A stretch of DNA of 64,000 nucleotides, taken from NCBI GenBank assembly GCA_964057225.1, contig OZ059895.1, positions 14,632,001 through 14,696,000 on the forward strand, in the 5' to 3' direction. Below the pieces are notes generated by a model. It saw only the letters and a list, made by a program, of their open reading frames with translations, did no database searches and was not told the origin of the DNA. Shown piece by piece: positions 47,099 to 61,835 of the stretch (position 1 is the first letter of the stretch; every line of letters starts with the position of its first letter). This DNA comes from Auanema rhodensis (lineage: Eukaryota > Animalia > Nematoda). The position numbers were made by a program, and so were the translations under genes.

Positions 47099-49802
47099 TT
47101 TCTTAACATCAGAATTTACTTATTTTTTCCTTTTTTTGGAATATATGTTACTCATTCTGATATTTACAATTTAATTTTCAATAGAAGATTGTGTGTGTAT
47201 GTGTGTGATTAATGCTTGAAGTTTGAAACTTTTTAAAGTTCTAACTTCAAAAGGATCAATGATCAAACATACAGAGGTTATCCATGTCCATGCCAATAGC
47301 CATTTATCCATTTTTTTTCATCAAAGTACTATTTGAGAGTAAACGATGACTTTTTCAATACATTACTTCAGAATAACATCGAAAAAATGGGTTTCGTGCG
47401 ATCGAACAACTGAACAGAAAGCCATAAAGCTACACCAGTTAGTCAGTTAGAATCGTCAAATCATCGATTTGTTGTTATAAGTTTTTATGATGATTCACAT
47501 TGATCAGCGCTCACCTTATCTCATGATTATTCTCTTTTCTGTGATGAAAAAAACAATGAAAGTATATATTTAGAGAGAAAGGAAGAGAGAGAGAGGGAGA
47601 GAGAGAGAGAGAGAGAGTAAGAGGTGGAGAGGGTGAAGAGGAGAGAGAACTGTGTGATAGAGGTTTCTTCTGATTTGGGTGTTCTTTGGAAAACACAAAG
47701 ATAGATTGATAGAGAGAAAACGAGAGAATTCGAAATTATACATGGAAGTCATTCAGCCATGATCGAATGTCTCAAAGCTTCACAAAGAGACAAATTTCAA
47801 TTTAGCGTCGTCGTTCATCCTGCTTCGGGTCGCTGTAGTAGTTGTCCCGATTGTAATGATGATTTCTTGATGATCATCATTAACCGAGAAAAGAGATGAC
47901 GGCCATGCTGAGATGACGATCGTCGGTTAGATACAGATGTTGTTGACGATGATGACGATGAAGAAAATGAACGACAACGAAGATGACGATGACTATGCGA
48001 AATTAGAAAATCGAGATTCAGAAGGCTTGAGTGAATTGGTTACATGTACAAACGCGATATTTCAATCTGTATAAGGCTAGAACTTCCTCCGAGTCTCTGT
48101 CTACATCATGAATCGAAAAGCATCAGCTGTTTCTGGCTCAAGCTTGAAGCCAGGAGAACGAGTGTAGACTGCGAGAAGTAGGAGGAGTAGTAGAGCACAC
48201 AGGAAGACGAGAGAATAGAATCGAGATGGGACCCTTTCCATTGCCTACTGCTGCTTCTGCTCACTCTACGATCACTTACTTCTTATGTTTCTCTCTGCTT
48301 CTCTCATCTGTCTTTCAAATATCCGATCTTTCGCCTCTTCTATCTTCTCTCTTTTCTTTTCGACTCTATTTCTATGTAATCTGACAGCCGTCCAGTATCT
48401 CGGGATGAATGTAGAGAGAGGGTCCCCCCCCCCCACACCCCGCTTGTCTACTCCTCTTCCCCCTAGTTGTCGTAGTCGCGCTCTCATTCCCAACCCTTTC
48501 AGCGTCCGGATACAAGTAGAAGAGCTACGTTTCAACCTCAGTTGTGCCGTTCGATTTTTCTTTCTGTGTATGTATGTGTGTGTGTGTGTGTGTGTGGCTA
48601 GACCATCAAGCATCAAGCCAAGCCTCATTTCTCTCTTCTTCCTTCTCATTCCTTATAAGCTTAGCCTGGCCTACTACACCATAATTCAGAGTATTCTTCT
48701 GCAGAGCATCTTCTCTGGTTCTTCTGTTTGAAGATTTCAATGGTCGTCGTCCATCTTTCTTACTTATCTGTTAAATTTTCATTCGAAGCTGTGATTTCAC
48801 CATCATTCATACTATCAACAATCATGATTTCTGATTCCATTTTTAGCCAATTGATAGTTCATAACATCAGTTTATGATCTTACATGTTCATCACATAGTC
48901 TCAACCAACTAACCTCGACATCTATTCTATCATTCCTGTCTTCTCTTCATTTAATCCAACTGTCTCCATTTTTCCTTTTCTATCTCTTCTTCTTCTTCTT
49001 CTTCTTCTTCTTCATCTTCTATTCAGCCACACCACCAATACACACCTACCTAAACCATCATCATCATCATCATCATCCTATTTCCCTATTCTCATTTCAC
49101 TGTTCTATTCTCACCCCCCCCCCCTCCTTTGCAATCGTCTCCCTATCGCCCACCCCCTCTTTCTCGCTCTCACTCTCTCTTTCTTTCGATCAAATATTTT
49201 CATTGACCTTTCAACTTTCTTTCTTAATTACATCCAATTTCTCTTCAAAATCCATAACTTTATCTCGTTTCATTGCAGATATCATCCTCAGTTTCGTGTG
49301 CTAGCTCTAGCCACAGTCCCCATTATCTGCATCTATTATCTTCCGGCGGAGATACATCCTCTTCTACTCGTTCTCATAGCCGATCAAGCAGCTTGAGCAA
49401 TCCGCTGTCTACTAACAACGTCTCCAGATCTGTCGGCAATAGTGAAGCAGAACAAAAAGCTTCATTACGTGCCGGTGGAGGTGGAGGAGAAGGAGGAGCA
49501 TCAGGACCCGCAGGAACGACTAGGTGGGCGGATCCTGGTGGCAGTTCAACTGCCGATTGCCGCATGGTCGCCACCGTCTCTTTCGAGCCGCTGAAATGGG
49601 CTTTTCTACTCATCTACCTGGTTACAGCTGGACTATCTAATTGGGCCGTACTAGCTTATACTCATGATTATGTGCCTAGGTAAGTATTTATTGGTATTTC
49701 GAAGTTTTATTGATTTTTTTGTTTTTTATACTCATTATTGAAGATGATATTCCTATCTTAAAGCTCATTTTATTCTGTTTTTAAACGTATTTCCTCTACT
49801 TC

Positions 49803-49842
<40 letters not shown>

Positions 49843-50411
49843 CTCTTTCCATAATTCGTTTAATATTCATATTTATGTTGATGAGTATAAACGACATTGA
49901 CAACAATATCGATGTCAATAACATCTAATGTTTAATCTTTACCTTATTTTCAAGCTTTAAACCTCTTTCACAACATCATTACATGTTATATATCAAAGTT
50001 TTAGTAGTTTTTCATCATCTTTTACTGTCTAATATCCACTCTATAACGTCAGCAAAATCGCCATTTTATCATTCACTTTCTTCTTCTTCTCCTGTTTCTC
50101 TCATTTGACACCACATAACTGAAGAAAAGAAAAAATACTGAGAAAGCTTTTCTCATCACACAGCTGTTTCACGTTCAAAATTGTGAAATGTTCACGTGAA
50201 TGTGTGGAGGAAACACAATTTATTTTGTTATTTTTCTCGAATTAACTCCTTAGTATCTCGTCCTTGAAATCTTATTTTACTACTATCCTTTCAATCATTT
50301 TATATTTGATTCATCTAATTTAAAAATTAACAAAATGAACAAATGTTTCAAATATTATCAAGGAAGGAGGGAAAGTTCTTCTTCTTCTGCCTTAATGTTA
50401 TAGTACTATAA

Positions 50412-50457
<46 letters not shown>

Positions 50458-50542
50458 ATACTTGTTCACACATATACACTTTCTCTCCCTTCTTACCACT
50501 GCTGTAGATGCTGCTGATTCCTCATCTGTTTCTCGTCCTCGC

Positions 50543-50576
<34 letters not shown>

Positions 50577-52065
50577 GTCGTCATTTTTCTTGTTTTCATA
50601 CGAATCAACGAATTAAGATGATGCGTTCTTCTTGAACAAACGAAAACTATTATCGTACCAGTCTTTACATCGGATGATTGTTTCTTCTACATGTTCTTCT
50701 CTCGAAATTTGCCTTTTACGTTTTTTTTGGTCCTGGAATTCATTCGGCCGGTGAATGATTAGGTTGGAAGGTGTTGCCAATGAGAACAAATATATTTCAT
50801 CTGAACAATGACAAAAGGGGGTTTGAAACTATGTTCTTTCGCTTTCTGTGTATGTATTGTCTCACTCAATCTCATTTCTATTCATCAAAATGCGTAACTA
50901 TTAAAATCTTTTTTTTCTTCAAAAACTTTTAGATAAAATCCAAAACGTTAGCAATTCATTGTTCTTCCTTGTTGTCAAAAAATTATTTCCGTAAGATCAC
51001 ATATACTTCTCTCACACACACACACACACACACATCGGAGACACCGATTGATCATGCGAAATGAACGAACATGAAATAGCTAGATCTTGGTCTCTTAACA
51101 TCAGCATTTTCTCCAAATTACAAAAGCATTTTGACTACATACAAGGACTGTGTTTACATAGCTATGAATTGTCATCATCATCATATCTCCCGCATCGGCT
51201 TTTCCTCTCTTCTGATCAATCCCCCCCCCCCCAAATCCCTCTCATCTCTCTCTCTCTCTCTTTACTTCCATTCAAAGCTTTAAAAAAATATTTATTTGCA
51301 ACAATCCCGCTCTAGTAAATAATAATTCGCCCCTATTACTACTACTACAACTGCTATTGCATCCCCAATCCCCCCCCCTCTCCTTCTCTTCAAACGTCGT
51401 TCGCCCACACCTCCATATGAAAAGCTCCAAAATTTGAACAAAAAAACAAGATGAAGCCGTTCATTCAATGATGCCTCGTTCCGCATTTTTTACAAAAATA
51501 ATTCGTCTAAAAGGCATACTGCAACAAGCAGTTTGTTGCTTCATATTGTATTCGGCTTTTTTCAAAAACATTAATCAGTAGTTTCTTTCCAAAGCTGAGT
51601 ACTGACATCCTTTCTTTTTTTTTCTTTTTTCTTCTTTCTGTTGTCCTCAAGAGTATCAAAGTATAACAGTATTTCAGGGCATTGAATAGCCTGTTTTCGA
51701 CTGCTTTTCTTCATAATACCATACACTATCCTATCCACTACCCCCCCCCCCTCACACTCTCTCTTCTCCTCCTAATACAACAAACATATTTTGTTTATTT
51801 TTATTGAAAACATATAATGAAATCAGAACAGATTTTTCTTTGACTACTTGTTTTTTTATTGAAAAGAGATTACTTACTACTATGTGTCTGCTAAAATAAT
51901 TTCAAATTCTATTTGATTTTCCTATTTCTATAGGCTTTTATGACAAACTGACGACATTCATGTCTCTTTTTTTGTTTTTTTAGCATTAAATAACAATTCT
52001 AAACCTTATATGTATGCATATGGTATATATAGATGATTAGATTATAATGTTTTAATTGTTTTCCT

Positions 52066-52102
<37 letters not shown>

Positions 52103-53389
52103 ACTTCCTCTTTCAAAAAATTTCTTATTGTCTTCATCTAATATACATATATCAGAAACATATTTTAACCTAACTATACCCTTAATATCCCTTAATCAAC
52201 ACTTTTTCAACCAAAAAAAAAAAGATTTTTTCCTAAAAATTTGTTTTTTCTTCTTTTCTTTCCAAAACAATTCAAAACTTTGTTTCAGTTGGATGATTCG
52301 TATGTGTGTGTGTGGGTCTGTTATAGACACTGCCAAGCATATCTCCAACTTAAGTTTTGTGTAAATCTTTTTCAGTTTCAATCTGTTTTTGGCTGTTTTT
52401 TCGTTTTTTTTTTCTGTGAAAGTTTATCTGATAATATATAGTGTCAACTTAAGTTTATACACTCTTGTCTCTTGGGAATTCCAATAGAAGAAATTTGAAA
52501 CAGAACACAAACATGGAATATTCAAATTAACTTTTCATATAAACATTTGTCTTCTTCAAGCTTAATATTCTTTTGGAGGGAAATGACTTCTTGATTTTCC
52601 ACAATACAGGACACATTCATCTCTCTCCCCCTCTCTCTCTCTCTCTCTCTCTCCAAACTATTAATGAATCGAAGAAATGAGGATTAGTTAAGAGCTTTCA
52701 AGAAGCAGAGAAAGTGATGAACAAAGATAGAATCAAAAGACATTTCGTTGTAGTAGTTTCAGAAAGAATTCGTAACTTCTTCAGAATCCTTTTACTATAT
52801 TCATAGTCGTTGCTCTCATTAATACCACACTCTAATGAATAATTTAAACATTTTTATAAGAAGAATCTCAGCATTCTCACAATACAATACATGAACTTAC
52901 CATCTGCATCTGGAACTGATCTACTCCCTCTCTCTCTTTCTCCCTTTCTCTGTTTCATAATTCTTTCCACAATACCTTCATCTTCTTTCATAATTCCTTC
53001 ATTGAATTATTTGATTTCAGAGAACCATTGCCCGATATCATATTCTCAATTGTACCCGAACAACAATGGGCAACAGCATGGGGAGACTTCATGGTTACCT
53101 TATGCTTACTATGCCTTGTAGCTCTATTAATTTTCCACGAACAACGAATAGTTGTAGCTAGAAGAGTTATATTCATTGCTGCTACACTATATGCTATGAG
53201 ATCATGTACCTTGTTCGTCACCCAACTACCATCAGGTTTGTGTGTTCTTTAAAAATTTTATTCAAGTTTCATCAAATGATAGGTGATGTTATATGTGTGT
53301 GAAGGAGAGAGAGAGAGGAGATTATTTTATTATTTTGTCCATATTTTCATGTTTAATTAAAGCTGACTCTTCTGACATATTTATATGTA

Positions 53390-53440
<51 letters not shown>

Positions 53441-53589
53441 GAGAGAAAGAGAGAATAGGGAAGCCTTATTAAGAAGAAGATGACTCGATTGTATAACGAG
53501 TTTTTCAATTCACACTTCAATCTGTTTTTGCGTCAGAATTTAAACGACTTGACTGACGGATTATGCTAACCATTCTATCTTTCTCCCTC

Positions 53590-53622
<33 letters not shown>

Positions 53623-55545
53623 TTTCCTCTTTCACTTTTGATCTATTTTTCTCTTCCTCAGATTATATTAAAATATAAGAATAGATAGAACTACCCGATG
53701 GCATGTATATGAATTGCTATATTTGGATGATTCAACGTAAAAACTGACCAACTTATAACTAGTTATTCACATGAAAGCCCACATGACATTTTGAATTTTT
53801 CGAGAAGAATGTCAACAAAAAAACTTTTTTTTGAGAACAAAAAGTACACGGAAAGGTGATAGTTCTTCTTAAACATTGAGATGTATATCCATCTTTTCAT
53901 TATATATTTGTTCATGAACGATTAACAAACAACTCTGGATCAGATGATTTCATCACGTCGAATCAACGACGGTTACGTATATGTAGAGCTTATGCTCAGA
54001 TTAGAGAGAATGGCACATACTCATCACGCCGACAGAACCTAAAATCCGGTCTGGTAAACGGCACTCTGACAATACTTCAGACGTCGGAACCTGAAAGTCA
54101 TCGCGCGCTTTGCTTAAGGTTCTTTACTTCTCGCTGCTGCTGCATCTTGCAAGATGATTTGTGTATATATGTATTTCTCTCTCTCTCTCTCTGTCTCTCT
54201 CTCTCTCTATCTGTCAAGCTCTTCTCAATGTCGATCCAGTTGAGTTTGCTTCACCTATTTGACGATTAGGTTCGGAGGAGTCAATGTTGTCTGTTGCCTA
54301 TCTCTCAGTCTAATATATCTCTTGCTAACATAGCTCTCTAGTATAAACTTGATGAAATCACACACTATCAATCATGAGAGGAGGGAAATATTAAATGTTT
54401 GAATGTATAAAGAAGATGAAAATTCAGAAAATGATGTGTATATATACATATAGCCGGAAAATTAAATTTCAAACACTAATTCATTAATCTTTTTGAAACA
54501 TTTCTCTATTAAAACTGGGAAATTTGAGAAAGATTTTAAATTTTACGATCGAAAACAAGCAAAGTATGAATTCAAATGTTATTGTTGGCAAAGTTCTTAG
54601 GAAACGTTTTTACATACATTCTGCTCATTTTCAGGTTATGAAAATAACACAAAACGTTGTCGGGAAAGATTAGCTAGGTCAGATATTCAGACTTTCTTCG
54701 AGCGTTTAGGTGAACAGACGCTACGCCTCGGATTTCAGGTATTGTTTTTCAAATCTTTTTATTCTCACTTCAACTTCTTACATCTGAAAATTTTATGACA
54801 CATAACGCAAAATAATTGCTTGTTCTTATAAAAATTTCATTTTTCTGCAGGGTGGAACGCAGATGCTATGTGGTGATTTGCTCTTTTCTGGACATACACT
54901 TGTCATGGTATAGCATCTACTTACTGAAACAATGCTTCACCTCTTCATTTACAGATTGTTTGTACGATAACGGTAGCCTATTACTTACCTTTACGATGGC
55001 GGTTACTACACTGGATTCCAACACTTTTTTCCATTTTTGGAATGACTTGTATGGTCATATCTCGAACGCATTATACGATTGACATCATTGTTGCTTACTG
55101 GTTGACCAACTTTATCTTTAGGTTTGTCTTCAACAGCTTTATTACAGCTTTTTTCCAATCCCAAATATTCTTCATCTGTTTTTTTTAGAGTTTATCATGC
55201 ATACTGTGAAGTTGACATCTACATTGAACGACGACAATCAGTTTTACACGATTTATGGCTTTGTAGGGTTATTGCTTGGTTGGAAGAGTCCATTGTACCG
55301 GGAAAGTAAGTAGTAGTAATAGTAGTACATTCATTTGTTTTCTTTATTTTTTCACTGAAAAGTTTCCGAATATCAATTTGATATTCAGAGAATTATTGTT
55401 ATTAACGTACGCAGACTGCCGTCACTTAGGTGTACGTGACCTTTCACGTAAAGCGTAAAGGGTTTACTCTGAAAACGTGAACTTAAAATGTACTTTCTCC
55501 GAATGAGCAGTAGCATAAGTACTTGCTCTCTCTCTCTCTCTCTCT
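39957..55545. repeat. Dense cluster of >20 (CT)n/(GA)n microsatellites plus (CA)n, (CAT)n and poly-C tracts
   Basis: Examples: 39957-40011, 42647-42695, 44410-44470, 45536-45618, 46576-46623, 47044-47095, 50414-50454, 53394-53453. Confidence 0.95.
44678..47249 (+). repeat. Two copies (44678-44714 and 47213-47249) of a 37-nt quasi-palindromic element
   Basis: tgcttgaagtttgaaactttYtaaagtWctaacWtca; 34/37 identical. Confidence 0.85.
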
Positions 55546-55929
55546 TCAGAGAATTTCATGATAATTTACATTTTTTAGTATAAAAAACCTTTTAATCTCC
55601 GTCATATTTCAGAATAGAGAATCGTTTTGTTATTCCATTCTCTAACTACTTACGGGCACCTGGTCATCATAAGCAGATATCTATCGTAAGTACTTTGTTC
55701 GTACCTTCTTAGTCGATGGCACTCACGTTACAGTGCCATCATTATTTGCTTTCAAAATTTTCCTTTCATTCCATTCAATACTTTCTGATTGTTTTTTAAA
55801 CTTCAAAAAAAAATGTTGAAAAAAAACAGCTGGGAATGAATTGAAAAATCCAATTTATACTCTGCCCTCCGCCTTTTAGCTAGTTTTCTATCCTTACAGA
55901 GCTCATCTTCTACATTCAATCAGGCATGA
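49280..55929 (+). CDS. Sphingomyelin synthase family protein (5' end unresolved; in-frame ATG at 49564)
   Basis: HDYVPR/EPLPDIIF, YAMRSCTLFVTQLP, CGDLLFSGHT and SRTHYTIDIIVAYW (the SMS D1-D4 motifs). Stop at 55712 if unspliced or 55929 if spliced. Confidence 0.92.
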
Positions 55930-56986
55930 AATCTGCAATCTCTCGAATCTTCGTCTTCACTTCTGATCTCTCTTTCACTCTCTTCACCTACTGTGGCCAG
56001 TTCGCTTCCAACAAAATAGCATCATAGACAAGACATTTCATGCACGAGCTGCCTGACTACATGTATATTCAGAAATAGCCAATGTAAAAAGTTTTTTTCA
56101 TGTATTTGTTGGGAAATAGACAATTTTCTCTCATTTCTTCGTTCATTTTCATTTAAAACAGTGTGCATCTGTTACGAGTCATCTTGTTCTTAAGTCTTCC
56201 TTGTTTTTGTATAAAAATTGTAACTTCTCATTCAAAAAACAACAACAACAACAACATCAAACGATTTCCCCCCTTTATCAAGTCCTGGCCGTGAATATTT
56301 CTATGGAAATTAAACTTTCCAAATGACTGAACTCTTCAAACTCACAAATAACAACTTTTCAAGCGTGTCATATTTGGGTGATAAATATACAAGGCCTGAC
56401 TTCCTCTTTCATTCTCCCCCCCCCCTCTCTCTTTCTCTCCTTATTTTCCTTTTCCCTCTTATAAAAACCTAATGTTCCGATATGTTAAAGAAATTCGTAA
56501 TCTACTTCTTATGTATTCCGAATGCCTTCTAATTCTATGAGAAAACTTTATTCACAATCAGGAATTCTTCTGTGATCAAAAATGTTTTTTTTCTTTCATC
56601 ATCGTTTTTTTGTTATAAAAATCAATAAATTTTTATAAAAATAATCATTGTACATGTGTATATGGTAAATTAGAATGAAGAATTTGAATAAAAAATGAAA
56701 ACTTGGTCTAATATGATTGAAGGACACTCAATCAGTGAGTAGTAGTACAAGTATTGTTGATGTTAATGCCTACCAAGAGCTCGATGGCCCCACCATATTC
56801 GCTCATAACTCATCATTATACCAATTGGCTACTATCAAATAAGGAAACATTTCATATAATTAGTATAAACTATGTATAGTTATCTATCTATCTATCTATA
56901 TATACACAAACGATGAGAAGAGATGATGGTAGTGAATTCTTCATCTGTTAATTCACATCTTGATTTCCTCTAGATATTCTCTAATA

Positions 56987-57635
56987 ATGATGACGTTTGA
57001 TGAAGCTGTTGAGGCTTATAAGGAAATGAGAGCGCACTTGGATCAAAGACAAGCAAGTTCCATATCTTCTTATATTCATTTACTTTGTGTTAATTTAACA
57101 TTTAGGTTCTTAAACGAGAATTTGAGCTTTTTATCCGTTTTGAAGAAGAAACATATGATTTATGGGGACTTTATCAGCAAGCTATTGTCGGAAATATCAA
57201 TGTCCCAAGTATCTTTTCTTTGTTTTTTTTTCCCAATCATAAGATGGCTGGATGAATCATCACAATTATCTTGAAAACACAACATTTCTTCTATCATTAT
57301 GTAGAAATATGATGATTCACTTCAATTTAGAAATGGATTACCAAGATCCACGAGAAAGTTCTTGGATGTGGGGTTGGATTCACGGCAATCGTCGTTGGCA
57401 TTCATGGAATCACAAAAAAGGTTTACTTCCTATACTCATCGATCAAACCCATTTTGTCTAAACCAAATTTCCTTTTGATATAGGAATGACGAAAGAGGAA
57501 GCAACTAATATGTTCATAAAGGAAGTTATCAATCTTCAAGAACGTTTGCCAAAGTTAGTTGAGCGCTGGAAACAAGAACAGGATCCCAGGATACCGGAGG
57601 CTGAGCTTTCGAAAGATTCGGAAAATATTGACTGA
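56987..57635 (+). CDS. Divergent acyl-CoA-binding (ACB domain) protein
   Basis: MMTFDEAVEAY...LWGLYQQAIVGNINVPK...RRWHSWNHKKGMTKEEATNMFIKEV, matching the ACBP pattern LYGLYKQATVGD / KWDAW..LKGMSKEEA. Confidence 0.8.
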
Positions 57636-57809
57636 AGATTATATGATTTTCATAAATATAATAAAAAAGACAGCTGTATATAACTGAAAACAAATAAAGT
57701 TCAAACGAGATTTATCGTCGAAATGTATGTGTGTGTGTGTGAAATTTTCAAAATAAACTTAGCGAACAGAGTTTCTATATATACAAAAACTAAATATTCT
57801 TCATCGATA

Positions 57810-60036
<2,227 letters not shown>

Positions 60037-60389
60037 ATAAAGCTAATATAATGTCTAAACATTAATGTATTGGTTTAAACAAATAATCCATGACTTTAAA
60101 CATTTAATTTTGATTTAAACTTTTAAAAAAACTGATTTAATCCTAACAACATAATTTCAACAACGCAATAACTAACAACTAAAGACATTTAAAACTTAAA
60201 ATAGCCTAATAAAAATGTTTTATAAGTGAAAATAACAAGTGAAGGTAGACAAAGTGTTTGACCGACCAGTTTTTTTTGAGAAAAGTTATAAAAACGAGAA
60301 AACATAACAAACTTGATATGCTAATATGTATGAAAAATTATTAAAACTATATAATTTGACTAGTTAATCTATCTAATCTAAAATCTAAT

Positions 60390-61374
60390 TCAAAAAATTC
60401 TTTCAACGGTTGAACTTTCAAGCTCGAAAGTTATAATCAAAGGAGCAGTTGTAGTTAATACTAATTCTGCTTCGACAACTTGGTTAGAAGTTGAAATCAG
60501 TTCTCCATAACTCATGAGTTGGTTATCTTAAAAGGAATATAAGAAGATATTACTTTGGTATATGCATTAACAACTAAACTACCTAAATTCCACTTGTAAC
60601 CTGAAGTTGAAACCGTCGTAACTTCCTGACACAATGGAATAAATCCAGTAATCCCTGTTATTTCTTCTCTGTCAACTAGAATTTTTGTGGTTCCCTGTAA
60701 TATTTTTCTCAGGAAAAAAGCAAATAAATATATTTTCTCACTGGCAAAACAAGGAAAACCAAATTATTATCATCCAAAACAAAAAGACGTTTTGTTGTTC
60801 TTCGTTGAATGATGAGACACGAATTCAGGACAGATAAGGTGTGATCAAATCTACCAGATAAGCCACCAAGCACAATTACCTCTGAGATCTATAAAAAGCA
60901 GTTTAATCCGTATTTTGGGGAAGAATTAACTTCTTTCAGAGAGTCAGTCCTTTCCAATGCTATTTCTAAGACTTTAGTCATATCCGTGGCATTTGGATCA
61001 GGCAAATGCATCAGCTCAATACCATGCTCCTCAGCATATTTCAATTTTTCAGAACTCACAGAATCAAAATCACCTCCAACAAAGTGTGGAAGTTCGAATT
61101 CGGAACTTCTAGAAAACTTATTAGAAAACAAGATTTATTTACCATGTAAAACCTTTGGATAACTTTATTTAATGCACCATCAGTTAAAAAACGATGCTTT
61201 GAGTTATTCCAAAAGGATTTCCAAATAGGAGTTTCAACAGGCGTTCCATTTAAAAACAAACAAACATAGTTGTCTCCTGAAAACCATGAAAGCTTTTAAT
61301 AAGCAATATCAATTGAATGATTGTCATCTTTCCATACTTTTCGTGAACAAATTCCTTGTGTCCACAATATCCAT
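60390..61374 (-). CDS. tpk-1: Thiamine pyrophosphokinase
   Basis: VCLFLNG, LTDGALN, VGGDFDSVS, PDPNATDMTKVL, VLGGLSGRFDHTLS, GYKWNL, YGELISTSNQV. Confidence 0.93.
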
Positions 61375-61835
61375 CAAAACTTCAAATCAAAGTATCAAGG
61401 GAGTACTCGAAAACAGTCTTTTTATATGAACTTTTGCCGATTTTTACGGTGAATAAAAAAATTAAAAAGACCCATATTGAAAGGAAAAATCTGGAGTTTA
61501 TTCAGCAGAAAGGAAAACCACAGTCGCGAACTAGGAATAGCTCAAGTTTCTACATCTTCAACCATTTAGTTAGTATTAATAAATTAATTTCTAGTTATTA
61601 AAAAAAGCTCTGGCTATAGAAACAATGAGAATCTTATAAAAATAAATGTTCACCGATTGGCTAATGGTCTAATCCATCATTTTGCTAAATGCAATCTAAT
61701 GAATCTAATAAATTATGTTTTAATTCTTCAGTATAGGATAGAAAGTATAAGGATCCTAAAAAGTGTGAAAAGATCTTGCAATTACAAAGCCCAATATACA
61801 AATACGGAATATCTAATGCTCTTTTAGGAAAATTT

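Noticed and set aside
48405-48515. MNVERGSPPP.. as the first coding exon of sms
   Set aside because: Phase-compatible with the 49280 acceptor, but the donor is weak and the sequence is low-complexity. It cannot be supported without transcripts.
39835-52441. Numerous SLSLSL/ERERE ORFs
   Set aside because: Translations of (CT)n/(GA)n microsatellites.
57244-57300. In-frame optional exon in the ACBP intron
   Set aside because: It would need flanking introns of only about 35 and 30 nt and would disrupt the domain.
60040-60390. 10-bp periodic An/Tn clusters (PATC)
   Set aside because: Suggestive by eye, but indistinguishable from general AT-richness without an autocorrelation calculation.
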